Positions 29,482 to 40,490 of a DNA stretch of 64,000 nucleotides are shown here, one piece after another. Positions within the stretch are counted from its first letter, which is position 1. Each line of letters opens with the position of its first letter. The notes under the pieces were generated by a model, which did no database searches, had not been told where the DNA came from, and saw nothing but the letters and a program-made list of their open reading frames with translations. Position numbers and translations under genes: made by a program. The stretch comes from an uncultured Chloroflexia bacterium (GTDB lineage: Bacteria > Chloroflexota > Limnocylindria > Limnocylindrales > CSP1-4), in contig CAVVJT010000004.1 of the NCBI GenBank assembly GCA_963748625.1, forward strand, positions 192,001-256,000. The letters are read 5' to 3'.

Positions 29482-30369
29482 TCAGGCGATGGCGCGGCGA
29501 CGCCGGCGCACCGGCAGCAGCCCCACCACGAGCAGGCACCCCGCGATGATCGCCGTGCCGCCCGCGATCTGCGGGAGCGTCAGGCGCTCGCCGATCAGCA
29601 GCCACCCGAGGACCACGGCCACCAGCGGCACCACGAACTCCACCGAGATCGCCACGGTCGCCCCGACGTCCTGAACCAGCCGGAAGTACAGGGTATAGGC
29701 GAGCGCCGAGTGGATAGCCGCGAGGGCCACCAAGAACACACCGTCCAGAGGCACGAGCGGTCCCGGGATCGGGACCACCAGCAGCAGCGGGAGCGTGAGC
29801 AGTCCACCGACGACGAATGCACCCGTCGTCTGCTCCCAGGATCCAACGCCGCCCAGCCGCGCCCTCGCCCAGTTCGACCCGAACGCGGCCGACGCCGCCG
29901 AGAGCAGGCTGCACAGGCAGCCGAACGCGAACAGCGGCGTGAGCGGCACAGTCGGGAAGCCCACCAGCAGGACGATGCCGCCGAAGCCGATCACGAGGCC
30001 GAAACGCGACGACCGCCGCACATGCTCCACCCCGAGCACCTGCCCCATCAGGAGCGAGAACAGCGGGATGGTGGCCACCAGGATCGCGGCCATCTGCGTG
30101 CCGATGATCGGCGTGGCGATCGACAGGCCGACGAGCTGCCCCGCGACCGTGGTCGCGCCGACGACGGCGAGCGGGCGCCAGTGTCCCCGGAAGCGGAGCC
30201 GGCGCTGGGTCACGGCCGCGGTGATGACGACGATCGCGGCAACGATGAAGGAGCGGAAGGCCACGGCGCCCGCCCAGCCGAACGCGTTCACCACCTGCAG
30301 CAGCAGGACGAAGGAGCTGCCCCAGATGAGGGCGAGAGACGCGTACACGAGGAGTTGGCTGCGGGTCAC
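29482..30369 (-). CDS. DMT/EamA family transporter
   Basis: About 10 TM segments; LIWGSSF, LAYTLYFRLV and GWLLIGE motifs; TACCAT -10 box 6 nt upstream. Confidence 0.9.
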   Translation of the reverse strand: MTRSQLLVYASLALIWGSSFVLLLQVVNAFGWAGAVAFRSFIVAAIVVITAAVTQRRLRFRGHWRPLAVVGATTVAGQLVGLSIATPIIGTQMAAILVATIPLFSLLMGQVLGVEHVRRSSRFGLVIGFGGIVLLVGFPTVPLTPLFAFGCLCSLLSAASAAFGSNWARARLGGVGSWEQTTGAFVVGGLLTLPLLLVVPIPGPLVPLDGVFLVALAAIHSALAYTLYFRLVQDVGATVAISVEFVVPLVAVVLGWLLIGERLTLPQIAGGTAIIAGCLLVVGLLPVRRRRRAIA

Positions 30370-30412
30370 GGGCAGATGGTACGGACCGGCAGCGCCTGCC
30401 GCGGCCCAGAGA

Positions 30413-30748
30413 CTACCGCTGCACCAGGAACGCGTCGATGTCCACGCGCGTCGAGGTTGAGGCGAAGCGTTTCGTGCCGGTCACGACGATGCGCAGCGTA
30501 TGCGTCTCGAGCGAGCGGAACGCGCGGACCCACACCACGCGGGCGGGCTGGACGCGGCTCGCATAGAGATCGATGGTCGCCACGCGGACCCCATCGAGCC
30601 AGACCTGCGCCTTGCCGCGCCCTGGACCCATCGACGTCACGAACGAGATCTGCCGGGCCTGCGTCCGCAGGGTGGCCGATCGCCCGGCCGCCTTCGCATG
30701 GCGCACCGCGCCGCCGAGTGCGCCGGTCTGCGACGCATCGCGCACCAT
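30413..30748 (-). pseudogene. Orphan copy of the basic C-terminal surface-protein domain (probable truncated remnant)
   Basis: GRSAT...ISFV...GRGKAQVWLDG...TIDL...VVW...LRIVVTGT...RVDIDAFLV aligns by eye with the last ~105 aa of 15537..18812; no signal peptide. Confidence 0.6.
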
Positions 30749-30764
30749 CGCCTCAACGCCGTGT

Positions 30765-30781
30765 GTAGTGTGACATACTAC
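30765..30781 (+). promoter_or_regulatory. Imperfect palindrome overlapping the -10 box (putative GntR operator, leaderless promoter)
   Basis: GTAGTGTGACATACTAC; CATACT at 30774-30779 lies 7 nt before GTG 30787. Confidence 0.55.
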
Positions 30782-30786
30782 TGTTC

Positions 30787-31956
30787 GTGACCACCCCGAC
30801 CACGGATGTCCTGATCATCGGCGCCGGTGTCATCGGCGCGGCGATCGCCTACCACGCGACCGCCGCAGGCCTGCGAGTCTGGGTCGTGGAGCGTGGAGCC
30901 ATTGCGGGCGGCACATCGTCCGCGTGTGAGGGCAACATCCTCGTCAGCGACAAGGGCCCGGGTCCCGAGCTGGACCTGGCGCTCCTGTCGCGCGAGCAGT
31001 GGGTGCGCACCGCCACGGACCTCGGCGCGGACAGCATCGAGTTCGACTTCAAGGGCGGCGTGGTCGTCGCCAAGGCGGAGGCCACGGCGACCGCACTGGC
31101 GGCCTTCGCCGAGGGCCAGCGCGGCTCCGGTGTGGACGTGGACGACCTGGCCCCCGAGGGCCTGCTCGAGCGGGAACCGAACCTCAACCCCGATGTGGCG
31201 GGCGGCGCCTGGTACCCGCAGGACTGCCAGGTGCAGCCGATGCTCGCCACCGCCCGCATGATCGAGCGGGCGCGAGACCGGGGGGCCATCATCCACACGG
31301 GTGTCGCGGTGACCGGATTTGCGGTGGCGGCCGATGGGCGTGTCACCGGCGTCACCACCTCGTCGCCCACGGTGCCGGCCATCTCCGCCCGCTGGGTGGT
31401 GAACGCCGCCGGAACCTGGGCGGGTGAGGTCGCGGCGCTCGCGGGGACCCCCGTCCCCATCCTCCCCCGCCGGGGCTACCTCCTGGTGACCGAACCCCTG
31501 CCGGTCCTGGTGCGCCACAAGGTCTACACCGCCGAGTACGTGGCCAACGTCGCCTCGAGCGACGCCGACCTCCAGACCTCGGTCGTCATCGAGGGCACGC
31601 GGAGCGGCACCATCCTGATCGGCTCCTCGCGCGAGCGGGTGGGCTTCGACCGGACCTACTCGGTGCCGGTGGTGCGGCGGCTTGCCGAGCAGGCCACGGC
31701 CGTGTTCCCGTTCCTTGCGGACGTCCGCCTGCTGCGCACGTACATGGGCTTCCGGCCCTACTGCCCGGACCACCTGCCGGTCATCGGCGAGGATGCGCGG
31801 GCGCCGGGGCTGATCCACGCGGCCGGTCACGAGGGTGCGGGCATCTGCCTCGCGGCGGCGACCGGGCACCTGGTCGCCCAGCTGATGGCCGGGATCACAC
31901 CGAGCATGGCGCTCGACCACTTCCGTCCGGACCGGTTCGCGGAGGTGCACCCGTGA
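30787..31956 (+). CDS. FAD-dependent D-amino-acid oxidoreductase (D-hydroxyproline dehydrogenase LhpB-like subunit)
   Basis: IIGAGVIG, VNAAGTW, GFRPY.PDHLPVIG and GHEGAGI motifs; operon context. Confidence 0.85.
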   Translation: MTTPTTDVLIIGAGVIGAAIAYHATAAGLRVWVVERGAIAGGTSSACEGNILVSDKGPGPELDLALLSREQWVRTATDLGADSIEFDFKGGVVVAKAEATATALAAFAEGQRGSGVDVDDLAPEGLLEREPNLNPDVAGGAWYPQDCQVQPMLATARMIERARDRGAIIHTGVAVTGFAVAADGRVTGVTTSSPTVPAISARWVVNAAGTWAGEVAALAGTPVPILPRRGYLLVTEPLPVLVRHKVYTAEYVANVASSDADLQTSVVIEGTRSGTILIGSSRERVGFDRTYSVPVVRRLAEQATAVFPFLADVRLLRTYMGFRPYCPDHLPVIGEDARAPGLIHAAGHEGAGICLAAATGHLVAQLMAGITPSMALDHFRPDRFAEVHP

Positions 31957-32240
31957 GCGCGCAGGCCCGCACCGTGACCTTCACGTTCGACGGCCGCACC
32001 ATCACCGCCGAGGCCGGCCAGTCGATCGCGGCCGCGCTGCTTGCGGCGGGGATCCGCTCCTGGCGGACCACGCGCGAGGCGGGCAGCCCGCGCGGCCTGT
32101 TCTGCGGCATCGGCATCTGCTTCGACTGCCTGGTCGTCGTGAATGACACTCCGGGCACCAGGGCCTGCCTCACGGACGCGCACGACGGCGACGATGTCAC
32201 CACCCAGGAGGGGTCCGGCCATGCCGATCTCGTCCGCTGA
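31953..32240 (+). CDS. (2Fe-2S)-binding subunit (LhpE/HcnA-like)
   Basis: GQSIAAAL...RGLFCGIGICFDCLV...RAC. Confidence 0.9.
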   Translation: MSAQARTVTFTFDGRTITAEAGQSIAAALLAAGIRSWRTTREAGSPRGLFCGIGICFDCLVVVNDTPGTRACLTDAHDGDDVTTQEGSGHADLVR

Positions 32241-33744
32241 CGTGTTCGACATCCTCGTGATCGGGGCCGGGCCGGCCGGGCTGTCCGCGGCCACGGCGGC
32301 TGCACGGATTGGCCTCACCGCCGGCATCCGCGTCGCGCTCCTCGATGCAGGCGCCAGGCTTGGCGGCCAGTACTGGCGCCACCGTCCCGACGACACGGGC
32401 GCCGGCCACCACGACTGGGACGCGTTCATGGGCTTGCGCGCGGCGGTCGAGGCGCTGCGCCTGACACGGGCCCTCACCTACCTCCCCGAGCACCCGGTGT
32501 GGCACCTCGAGCGGAGCGCCGACGGCTATACCGCGCACGTCTCCCACGCCAACGGCGCGCGCGAGGTCCATGCCCGGGCGGTGGTCCTGGCGACCGGCGC
32601 GTACGACCGCCAGCTCCCCTTCCCCGGCTGGACGCTCCCCGGCGTGTTCACCGCGGGCGGCGTGCAGGCGCTCCTCAAAGGGCAGGGGGTCGTTGCCGGG
32701 CGACGGATCGTGGTCGCCGGGACGGGGCCGTTCCTGCTGCCGGTGGCGGCGGGACTCGCCGAGGCGGGCGCGGACGTGGCGGGCGTGTTCGAGGCAGGGC
32801 GGCCGACCGCGGTCCTGCGGCATCCGGTGACGGCCGCCCGGAACGCGGGCAAGCTGCGAGAGGCGGCGGGCTACATGGCGACCCTTGCCCGCCACCGGGT
32901 CCCCTACCGGACCGGGCGTACGGTCATCGCGGCCCATGCGGACGCCAGCGGTGGTGCCGTCGGCTCGGTCACCACCGCCTCGCTCGACGCGGACTGGCGG
33001 ATCAAGCAGGGCTCGGAGGAGCGCCTCGACTGCGACACCGTCGCCGTGGGTTACGGGTTCACGCCGCAGGTTGAGCTCGCCGCGGACATCGGCTGCGCGA
33101 TGGCCATGGATGCGGACGGCAGCCTGGTTGTCACGGTGGACGCCGCGCAACGCTCCAGCGTTGATGGCGCATTCGTGGCTGGCGAGGCGTGCGGCGTCGG
33201 CGGTTCGGCCCTCGCCCTGGTCGAGGGTGCGCTCGCCGGTCTGCACGCAGCAGCCTCCGCCACGGGACGGCGTCCCGAGCTGGGCCCCCAGGCAGCGCTC
33301 GAGCGGCACCGGGACAAGCTCCACGCGTTCGCCGCGCTGCTGCCCGCAGCCTGGCCGGTGAAGCCCGGCTGGCGGACGTGGGTCACCGACGAGACCATCG
33401 TCTGCCGCTGCGAGGAGGTCCCAGCGGCATCGATCCGGGCCGCCGTCACCGAGCTGGGCGCCACGGACGCCCGTGCCACGAAGCTGTTCGCCCGAGCCGG
33501 CATGGGCCTGTGCCAGGGGCGCGTGTGCGGGTACGCCACTGCCGCCCTCACCGCACAGGCGCTCACCCGCGATGTCACACCGGACGACCTTCACGCCTCC
33601 GTCCGACGCCCGGTCGCCTGGCCGATCACCTTCGGCGCGCTCGCTGCCCAGCCCGGGACGGTCGCTGTCCCGCCCCCCTTCACCGCCGCATCGACCCCAA
33701 CACGGACCCCGAAACCACAACTCTCCGAGGAGGATCCCGCATGA
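32221..33744 (+). CDS. FAD/NAD(P)-binding oxidoreductase with a C-terminal BFD-like 2Fe-2S domain (LhpF/HcnB/OoxA-like)
   Basis: IGAGPAG, LATGAYDR..PFPGWTLPGV and VCRCEEV...K...RAGMGLCQGRVCG. Confidence 0.88.
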   Translation: MPISSADVFDILVIGAGPAGLSAATAAARIGLTAGIRVALLDAGARLGGQYWRHRPDDTGAGHHDWDAFMGLRAAVEALRLTRALTYLPEHPVWHLERSADGYTAHVSHANGAREVHARAVVLATGAYDRQLPFPGWTLPGVFTAGGVQALLKGQGVVAGRRIVVAGTGPFLLPVAAGLAEAGADVAGVFEAGRPTAVLRHPVTAARNAGKLREAAGYMATLARHRVPYRTGRTVIAAHADASGGAVGSVTTASLDADWRIKQGSEERLDCDTVAVGYGFTPQVELAADIGCAMAMDADGSLVVTVDAAQRSSVDGAFVAGEACGVGGSALALVEGALAGLHAAASATGRRPELGPQAALERHRDKLHAFAALLPAAWPVKPGWRTWVTDETIVCRCEEVPAASIRAAVTELGATDARATKLFARAGMGLCQGRVCGYATAALTAQALTRDVTPDDLHASVRRPVAWPITFGALAAQPGTVAVPPPFTAASTPTRTPKPQLSEEDPA

Positions 33745-34658
33745 CCGAGACAACCGCGCTTGCCGCCCCCTGGCACGGCATCCTCGTCGCCACCGCCCTG
33801 CCGCTCCGCCCCGATGCGGGCGGCGCCCTCCAGGTGGACTTCGACGGCTACGCCGACCACGTCCGCTGGCTGGCTGACAACGGCTGCCACGGCGTCGTCC
33901 CGAACGGCTCCCTGGGCGAGTACCAGACCCTGACGGCCGCCGACCGCGCCCGCGTGGTGGAGGTCGCCATCGAGGCCGCGCCCGAGGGCTTCACGGTCAT
34001 GCCCGGCGTCGCAGCCTACGGCGCCGACGAGGCCCGGCGCTGGACCGAGCAGGCCGCCGAGGCCGGCGCCCCGTGCGTGATGCTCCTCCCGCCCAATGCC
34101 TACCGCGCGGACACCCGCTCGGTCATCGCCCACTACCGCGAGGTCGCGAGGGCGGGCGTGCCCATCGTCGCGTACAACAACCCGTACGACACCAAGGTGG
34201 ACCTCGTGCCCGAGCTCCTCGCGGAGCTGCACAAGGAGGGGCTCATCGTGGGTGTCAAGGAGTTCAGCGGCGACGTCCGGCGCATGTACCAGATCCAGGA
34301 GCTCGCACCGGACCTCGACGTCCTCTGCGGGTCGGATGACGTGACGATGGAGCTGGGCATGACCGGGGCCGTCGGCTGGATCGCGGGCTACCCCAACGCC
34401 TTCCCGCGCGCGTGCGCGGACCTGTGGGCCCAGTCGATCGCGGGCGACCTGGACGCGGCACTGCCGCTCTACCGCCAGCTCCACCCGCTCCTGCGCTGGG
34501 ACTCCAAGACCGAGTTCGTCCAGGCGATCAAGCTCTCGATGGACATGGTCGGCCGGTACGGTGGCCCGTGCCGCCTGCCGCGCGTGCCGCTCACGCCCGA
34601 GCAGGAGGCAGTCGTCCGCGCTGCCACCGACGCCGCGATCACGGCCGGGCTCGCCTGA
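33741..34658 (+). CDS. Dihydrodipicolinate-synthase-family protein (LhpC-like pyrroline-hydroxycarboxylate deaminase)
   Basis: NGSLGEY, YNNP and GVKEFSGD (Schiff-base Lys); GAGGAGG RBS. Confidence 0.88.
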   Translation: MTETTALAAPWHGILVATALPLRPDAGGALQVDFDGYADHVRWLADNGCHGVVPNGSLGEYQTLTAADRARVVEVAIEAAPEGFTVMPGVAAYGADEARRWTEQAAEAGAPCVMLLPPNAYRADTRSVIAHYREVARAGVPIVAYNNPYDTKVDLVPELLAELHKEGLIVGVKEFSGDVRRMYQIQELAPDLDVLCGSDDVTMELGMTGAVGWIAGYPNAFPRACADLWAQSIAGDLDAALPLYRQLHPLLRWDSKTEFVQAIKLSMDMVGRYGGPCRLPRVPLTPEQEAVVRAATDAAITAGLA

Positions 34659-34697
34659 GCGCGGGGCCAGGGCCGAACCGGAGCTGAGGCAGGAACC

Positions 34698-35705
34698 ATG
34701 CGTACGAACCGGGTCTTCCACGCGGTGGACTCGCACACCGAGGGCATGCCCACCCGCGTCATCACGGGCGGCGTGGGCGTGATCCCAGGCGCGTCGATGT
34801 TCGACCGCCGCCGCTACTTCCTCGACAACATGGACTCGATCAGGAAGTTCCTGATGAACGAGCCACGCGGCCACGCGTCGATGAGCGGCGCCATCCTCCA
34901 GCCGCCGACGCGCCCGGACGCCGACTACGGTGTGCTCTATATCGAGGTGTCCGGCTGCCTGCCGATGTGCGGGCACGGGACGATGGGCGTGGCGACGGTG
35001 CTGGTCGAGACCGGCATGGTCGAGGTGACCGAGCCCGTCACGACGATCCGCCTGGACACCCCGGCCGGCCTCGTCATCGCGGAGGTCGCCGTGGAGGGCG
35101 GCGCCGCCAAGGCGGTCACGATCACCAACGTCCCCTCGTTCGCGGTAGGCCTCGACCGGACGGTGGCCGTGCCCGGCTACGGCGACGTCGTCTACGACAT
35201 GGCGTTCGGCGGCAACTTCTATGCCATCGTGGAGCTGGAGAAGCTGGGCCTCCCGTTCGACCGCGCCGCCAAGAACGAGCTGCTGGCCGCGGGCCTCGCG
35301 ATCATGGACGCGGTCAATCTCGCCGACATGCCCGTGCACCCCGAGAACCCGGAGATCGCGGGCGTCCACCACGTCTACCTCCAGGCACCCGGCTCCGACG
35401 CCCGCCACTCGCGCCATGCGATGGCGATCCACCCCGGCTGGTTCGACCGCTCGCCCTGCGGCACGGGGACATCGGCGCGCATGGCACAGCTGCACGCACG
35501 CGGCCTGCTCCCCCTCCACCAGGACTTCCGCAACGACTCGTTCATCGGGACGACGTTCACTGGCAGGCTGGTGGAGGAGACCACCGTCGCGGACGGCTCG
35601 ATCGCGGCGGTCATCCCCACGATCACCGGCCGGGCCTGGGTCACAGGCACGGCCCAGTACATGTACGACCCGGCCGACCCGTTCCCCGAAGGGTTCGAGC
35701 TCTAG
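34698..35705 (+). CDS. Proline racemase / 4-hydroxyproline 2-epimerase family protein
   Basis: DSHTEGMPTR, EPRGH, MCGH and DRSPCGTG (Cys/Cys catalytic pair), GGNFY. Confidence 0.93.
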   Translation: MRTNRVFHAVDSHTEGMPTRVITGGVGVIPGASMFDRRRYFLDNMDSIRKFLMNEPRGHASMSGAILQPPTRPDADYGVLYIEVSGCLPMCGHGTMGVATVLVETGMVEVTEPVTTIRLDTPAGLVIAEVAVEGGAAKAVTITNVPSFAVGLDRTVAVPGYGDVVYDMAFGGNFYAIVELEKLGLPFDRAAKNELLAAGLAIMDAVNLADMPVHPENPEIAGVHHVYLQAPGSDARHSRHAMAIHPGWFDRSPCGTGTSARMAQLHARGLLPLHQDFRNDSFIGTTFTGRLVEETTVADGSIAAVIPTITGRAWVTGTAQYMYDPADPFPEGFEL

Positions 35706-35707
35706 GC

Positions 35708-36424
35708 ATGGCGTCCGAGCCCGCCCCGACGACCACCGGGGTCCCCTCGCTGGCCTCGCTGCCGGACCTGCGCGGGCGGCGGTCCCTGCGCGAGGAGATC
35801 ACCACGATCCTGCGGGGCGCGGTGATGTCGGGCGAGATGGAGCCAGGCATCGTGTACTCGGCGCCGTCGCTGGCCGAGCGGTTCGGGGTGTCGGCCACGC
35901 CGGTCCGCGAGGCGATGCTGGACCTCGCCAAGGAGGGCCTGGTCGAGGTCGTCCCGAACAAGGGCTTCCGCGTGGTCCAGCTGTCCGGCGCCGAGCTCGA
36001 CGCACTCACGGAGATCCGGTTCCTGCTCGAGGTGCCCGTGGTCCGCCGCCTGGCCGAGGACGGCGTCCCACGCGACGCCCTCGAGGCCCTGCGGCCGCTT
36101 GCCGAAGCCGTCGAGGACGCGGCCCGCCGTCGCGACTTCATCGCCCATGTCACCTTCGACCTGGACTTCCACCTGGGCCTGCTGGCCCTCGGCGGCAACC
36201 CCCGGCTGGTGGAGATCGTGCGCTCGCTCCGCCAGGGATCGCGCCTCTACGGTCTGCGCGGGCTGCCCGACGACGCGTCGGTTCTCGCCTCCTTCCACGA
36301 ACACGCGGAGCTGCTGGACCTGATCACGGCACGCGATGCCGAGGGCGCCGAAGCCCTGATGCGCCGCCACATCAGGCATGTCCGCGGGGTCTGGGCGGAC
36401 CCGGCCGCCGCCGAACCCGCCTGA
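35708..36424 (+). CDS. GntR-family (FCD) transcriptional regulator
   Basis: LAERFGVSATPVREAM..L..EGLVE..PNKGF HTH; FH and EH..L in the FCD domain. Confidence 0.92.
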   Translation: MASEPAPTTTGVPSLASLPDLRGRRSLREEITTILRGAVMSGEMEPGIVYSAPSLAERFGVSATPVREAMLDLAKEGLVEVVPNKGFRVVQLSGAELDALTEIRFLLEVPVVRRLAEDGVPRDALEALRPLAEAVEDAARRRDFIAHVTFDLDFHLGLLALGGNPRLVEIVRSLRQGSRLYGLRGLPDDASVLASFHEHAELLDLITARDAEGAEALMRRHIRHVRGVWADPAAAEPA

Positions 36425-36431
36425 GCAGAGC

Positions 36432-36509
36432 GCTCGCCTCGGCGGGCGCGTGCAGCGGGGCTCGCCTCGGCGGGCGCGTGCAGCGGGGCTCGCCTCAGCG
36501 GGCGCGTGC
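36432..36509. repeat. 28-bp tandem repeat (about 2.8 copies)
   Basis: GCTCGCCTCGGCGGGCGCGTGCAGCGGG at 36432 and 36460; partial copy at 36488. Confidence 0.9.
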
Positions 36510-36541
36510 CTCCGGCCTGCCCGGGTCCCCGGCGCACTCCA

Positions 36542-36799
36542 CTCCCGCCCGGCGGGCCTTGCGTGCAGAACTGCGCGCAGATGAACCGCCACGCGGGCAG
36601 ATCGGTGGCCGGAGTGCCCGATTCGGCCGGATCGTGCCGCTGGGCGGGCAGGGTGCGCGGAACCCTGCGCACAGTGCCCGCCGGGCGGGAGGCGAGGGTG
36701 TGGCGCGACCCTCGGCCGGATCGTGCCGCTGGGCGGGCAGGGTGCTCGGAACCCTGCGCACAGTGCCCGCCGGGCGGGAGGCGAGGGTGTGGGCGACCC
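36542..36799. repeat. About 150-bp imperfect palindrome with its right arm tandemly duplicated (2 x 89 bp)
   Basis: CTCCCGCCCGGCGGGC (36542) is the inverse of GCCCGCCGGGCGGGAG (ending 36691 and 36780); near-identical direct repeats start at 36623 and 36712. Confidence 0.85.
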
Positions 36800-36944
36800 A
36801 CCGCCCGCGACCCACGGCCCAAGGGGCCAGACCGGCCGGAGCGTCGCCGCAGGTCGGGCGGGCCGGCTGCGCCGACGCCGGCGCCCGGGCATGGGAACGC
36901 CCCCGGCGGTGCCGAGGGCGCGTGAGCGGCCGGGTGACGCGGAC

Positions 36945-38255
<1,311 letters not shown>

Positions 38256-38272
38256 GGCGTCGCTCCCCTGGC

Positions 38273-38953
38273 CTAGCGGGTCGCCGGTCCGGGGCCCGGC
38301 TCACCCGGGTCCGCCACCGACGATCCCTCGCCGCCCACCAGGCCCAGATCGTGCGCCTGCGCGATCAGGGAGTCACCGGGGACGGTGTACACGGCGTCGA
38401 TGATGCCATACGCCTTCGCGTCCTCGGGCGACATGAACAGGTCACGGTTCGTGTCCTGGTTCACCTTCTCGAACGGCTGGCCCGTGTGCTTGGCCAGGAT
38501 CTCGGTGTTGCGCTTGACCAGGAACTCCCACTCCCGCATCTGGATCATCGCGTCCGGGGCGTTACCGCGGAAGCCGCCGCTGCCCTGGTGGATCATGATC
38601 CGGCTGTTGGGGAGCGCGAACCGCTTGCCCGGGGCGCCGGCCGAGAGCAGCACGGCGGCCATGGACGCGGCCATGCCGAGGCAGATGGTGCTGACCGGGG
38701 CCCGCAGGTACTGCATCGTGTCGTAGATGGCGAGCCCCGAGTTGACGACGCCGCCGGGCGAGTTGATGTAGAGGCTGATGTCCTTCTCGGGGTCCTCGGA
38801 CTCCAGGAACAGCAGCTGGGCGATGATCAGGTTGGCGAGGTGGTCCTCGATCGCGTCGCCCAGGAAGATGATCCGTTCCTTGAGCAGGCGCGAGTAGATG
38901 TCATACGCGCGTTCACCACGGCTGGTGGACTCGATGACCATCGGGACGAGCAT
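38273..38953 (-). CDS. clpP: ATP-dependent Clp protease proteolytic subunit
   Basis: MLVPMVIE...[35 protein letters not shown]; start 38953 after AGGAGG. Confidence 0.98.
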   Translation of the reverse strand: MLVPMVIESTSRGERAYDIYSRLLKERIIFLGDAIEDHLANLIIAQLLFLESEDPEKDISLYINSPGGVVNSGLAIYDTMQYLRAPVSTICLGMAASMAAVLLSAGAPGKRFALPNSRIMIHQGSGGFRGNAPDAMIQMREWEFLVKRNTEILAKHTGQPFEKVNQDTNRDLFMSPEDAKAYGIIDAVYTVPGDSLIAQAHDLGLVGGEGSSVADPGEPGPGPATR

Positions 38954-39003
38954 CTGGGGTCTCCCCTCCTGCTGACGGTCGGACATTGGCCGGGTGGCGG
39001 TGG

Positions 39004-40413
39004 CTACTCGATGGATGCCGGGATGGAGCCCGGATCGGTGGCGTCGATGGAAGCGGCGGCCTCCGCGCTCCCGGCAGCGACGGCTGAGGGCGCGTCGTCC
39101 TCGAGGTGCGGCAGGGCCGGGTGCTCCGGGTGCGCGACGAGCCACTGGTCAACGAGCTGCTCGACGACCCGGGTGCGCCGCAGGGTGCTGCGGATGAAGT
39201 TGCGACCCCGCTCGGATTCGAAGTACGCGACGGTCTTGGCGTCGTCGTAGCGGGCGCGGGCGGTGGCGACCTCGCCCTCGACCTCGGCCTCGGTGACCAC
39301 GACGCCCTCCGCGTCGGCGATCTTCGAGAGAACGAGCAGGACCTTCGTCCGATGCTCAGCGCGCGGGCGGAACTCGTCGTGGAGATCCTTCTCGGACTTG
39401 CCGGTGGCCTTGAGGTACGCCTCCTCGCCGATGCCCTGGCGGGCCAGCGTGGCGCGGAACTCGTCGTGCATCACCTCGACCTCCTGGTCCACCAGGATGT
39501 CGGGCAGGTCGATGGTGCTGTTGGCGACCGCATACTCGATGACCTTGTCCGCGAACTCGTGGCGGGCCTTGTCGAGCGCGTTGCGGCGGAGCCGCTCGTC
39601 GATGTCGGCCTTCAAGGCAGCCAGGGTCACGTAGTCGCCCATGTTGCGCGCGAAGTCGTCATCGGCATCCGGGAGGACCTTCTCGCGGAGCTCCTTGAGA
39701 TCCACGTCGAAGTGGACCTCCTGGCCCGCGAGGCTCTCCTCGGGGTAGTCCTCGGGGAAGGTGATCTCGAAGCCCTTCTCCTCGCCCGGCTTGAGGCCCA
39801 CCAGGTTGGCCTCGAAGCCCGGGATCAGGCGGTCCTCGCCGATGATCAATGGCATGCGCTCGGACGTGCCGCCATCGAACGGGACGCCGTCCTTGGTGCC
39901 CTTGAAGCCGATCACCGCCCAGTCGCCGTCCTTGGCCGCGCGGTCCTCGACCGGGGCGAGGGTGGCGTTCTGGTCGCGCAGCTCCTCGACGACCTTGTCC
40001 ACCTTCTCCGCATCGATCGTCTCGATCTCGGGGGCGAAGTTGAAGTTCCGGTAGTCGCCGAGCTCCACCTCGGGGCGGACCTGGATCGTGGCCTTGAACT
40101 TGAGGTCCTTGCCCTCCTCGGCCTCGAGGATCTCGACGTCGGCGTTGGTGAGCGGGACGATGCCCTGCTCGATCACCGCGTCGCGGTAGGAGGCTTGGAC
40201 GAGCTGCTCGACGGCCTCGTCAACCACCGCCGTGGGCCCGAGCACACGCTCGAGGATCGGGCGGGGCGCCTTGCCCGGACGGAAGCCTGCGACGCGGGTG
40301 CGCCGCGACAGGCGGCCCGTGGCCTCGCGGATGGCGCGGTCGAGGCGCTCGGAAGGGACCTCGATCTCGAGGACGATCGTGCTCTTGGGAGCGGGGGTGG
40401 CAGTCACATTCAT
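39004..40413 (-). CDS. tig: Trigger factor
   Basis: GFRPGKAP ribosome-binding motif, FKBP domain (IPGFE...FPEDY); upstream of clpP; TATACT 9 nt before ATG 40413. Confidence 0.97.
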   Translation of the reverse strand: MNVTATPAPKSTIVLEIEVPSERLDRAIREATGRLSRRTRVAGFRPGKAPRPILERVLGPTAVVDEAVEQLVQASYRDAVIEQGIVPLTNADVEILEAEEGKDLKFKATIQVRPEVELGDYRNFNFAPEIETIDAEKVDKVVEELRDQNATLAPVEDRAAKDGDWAVIGFKGTKDGVPFDGGTSERMPLIIGEDRLIPGFEANLVGLKPGEEKGFEITFPEDYPEESLAGQEVHFDVDLKELREKVLPDADDDFARNMGDYVTLAALKADIDERLRRNALDKARHEFADKVIEYAVANSTIDLPDILVDQEVEVMHDEFRATLARQGIGEEAYLKATGKSEKDLHDEFRPRAEHRTKVLLVLSKIADAEGVVVTEAEVEGEVATARARYDDAKTVAYFESERGRNFIRSTLRRTRVVEQLVDQWLVAHPEHPALPHLEDDAPSAVAAGSAEAAASIDATDPGSIPASIE

Positions 40414-40490
40414 CGCCCGGCGAGTATAGGGTGGGTCAGCCCTGCGGGCGGGCGGCGGGCGGCGAACCGCCGGTCCGTGGCGGCGGCGAC

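Noticed and set aside
30787-33744. Hydrogen cyanide synthase hcnABC
   Set aside because: Same protein families, but co-transcription with a proline-racemase-family and a DHDPS-family gene fits hydroxyproline-type catabolism better
36432-36799. Possible CRISPR array
   Set aside because: The repeats abut with no unique spacers, and there are no cas genes in the window
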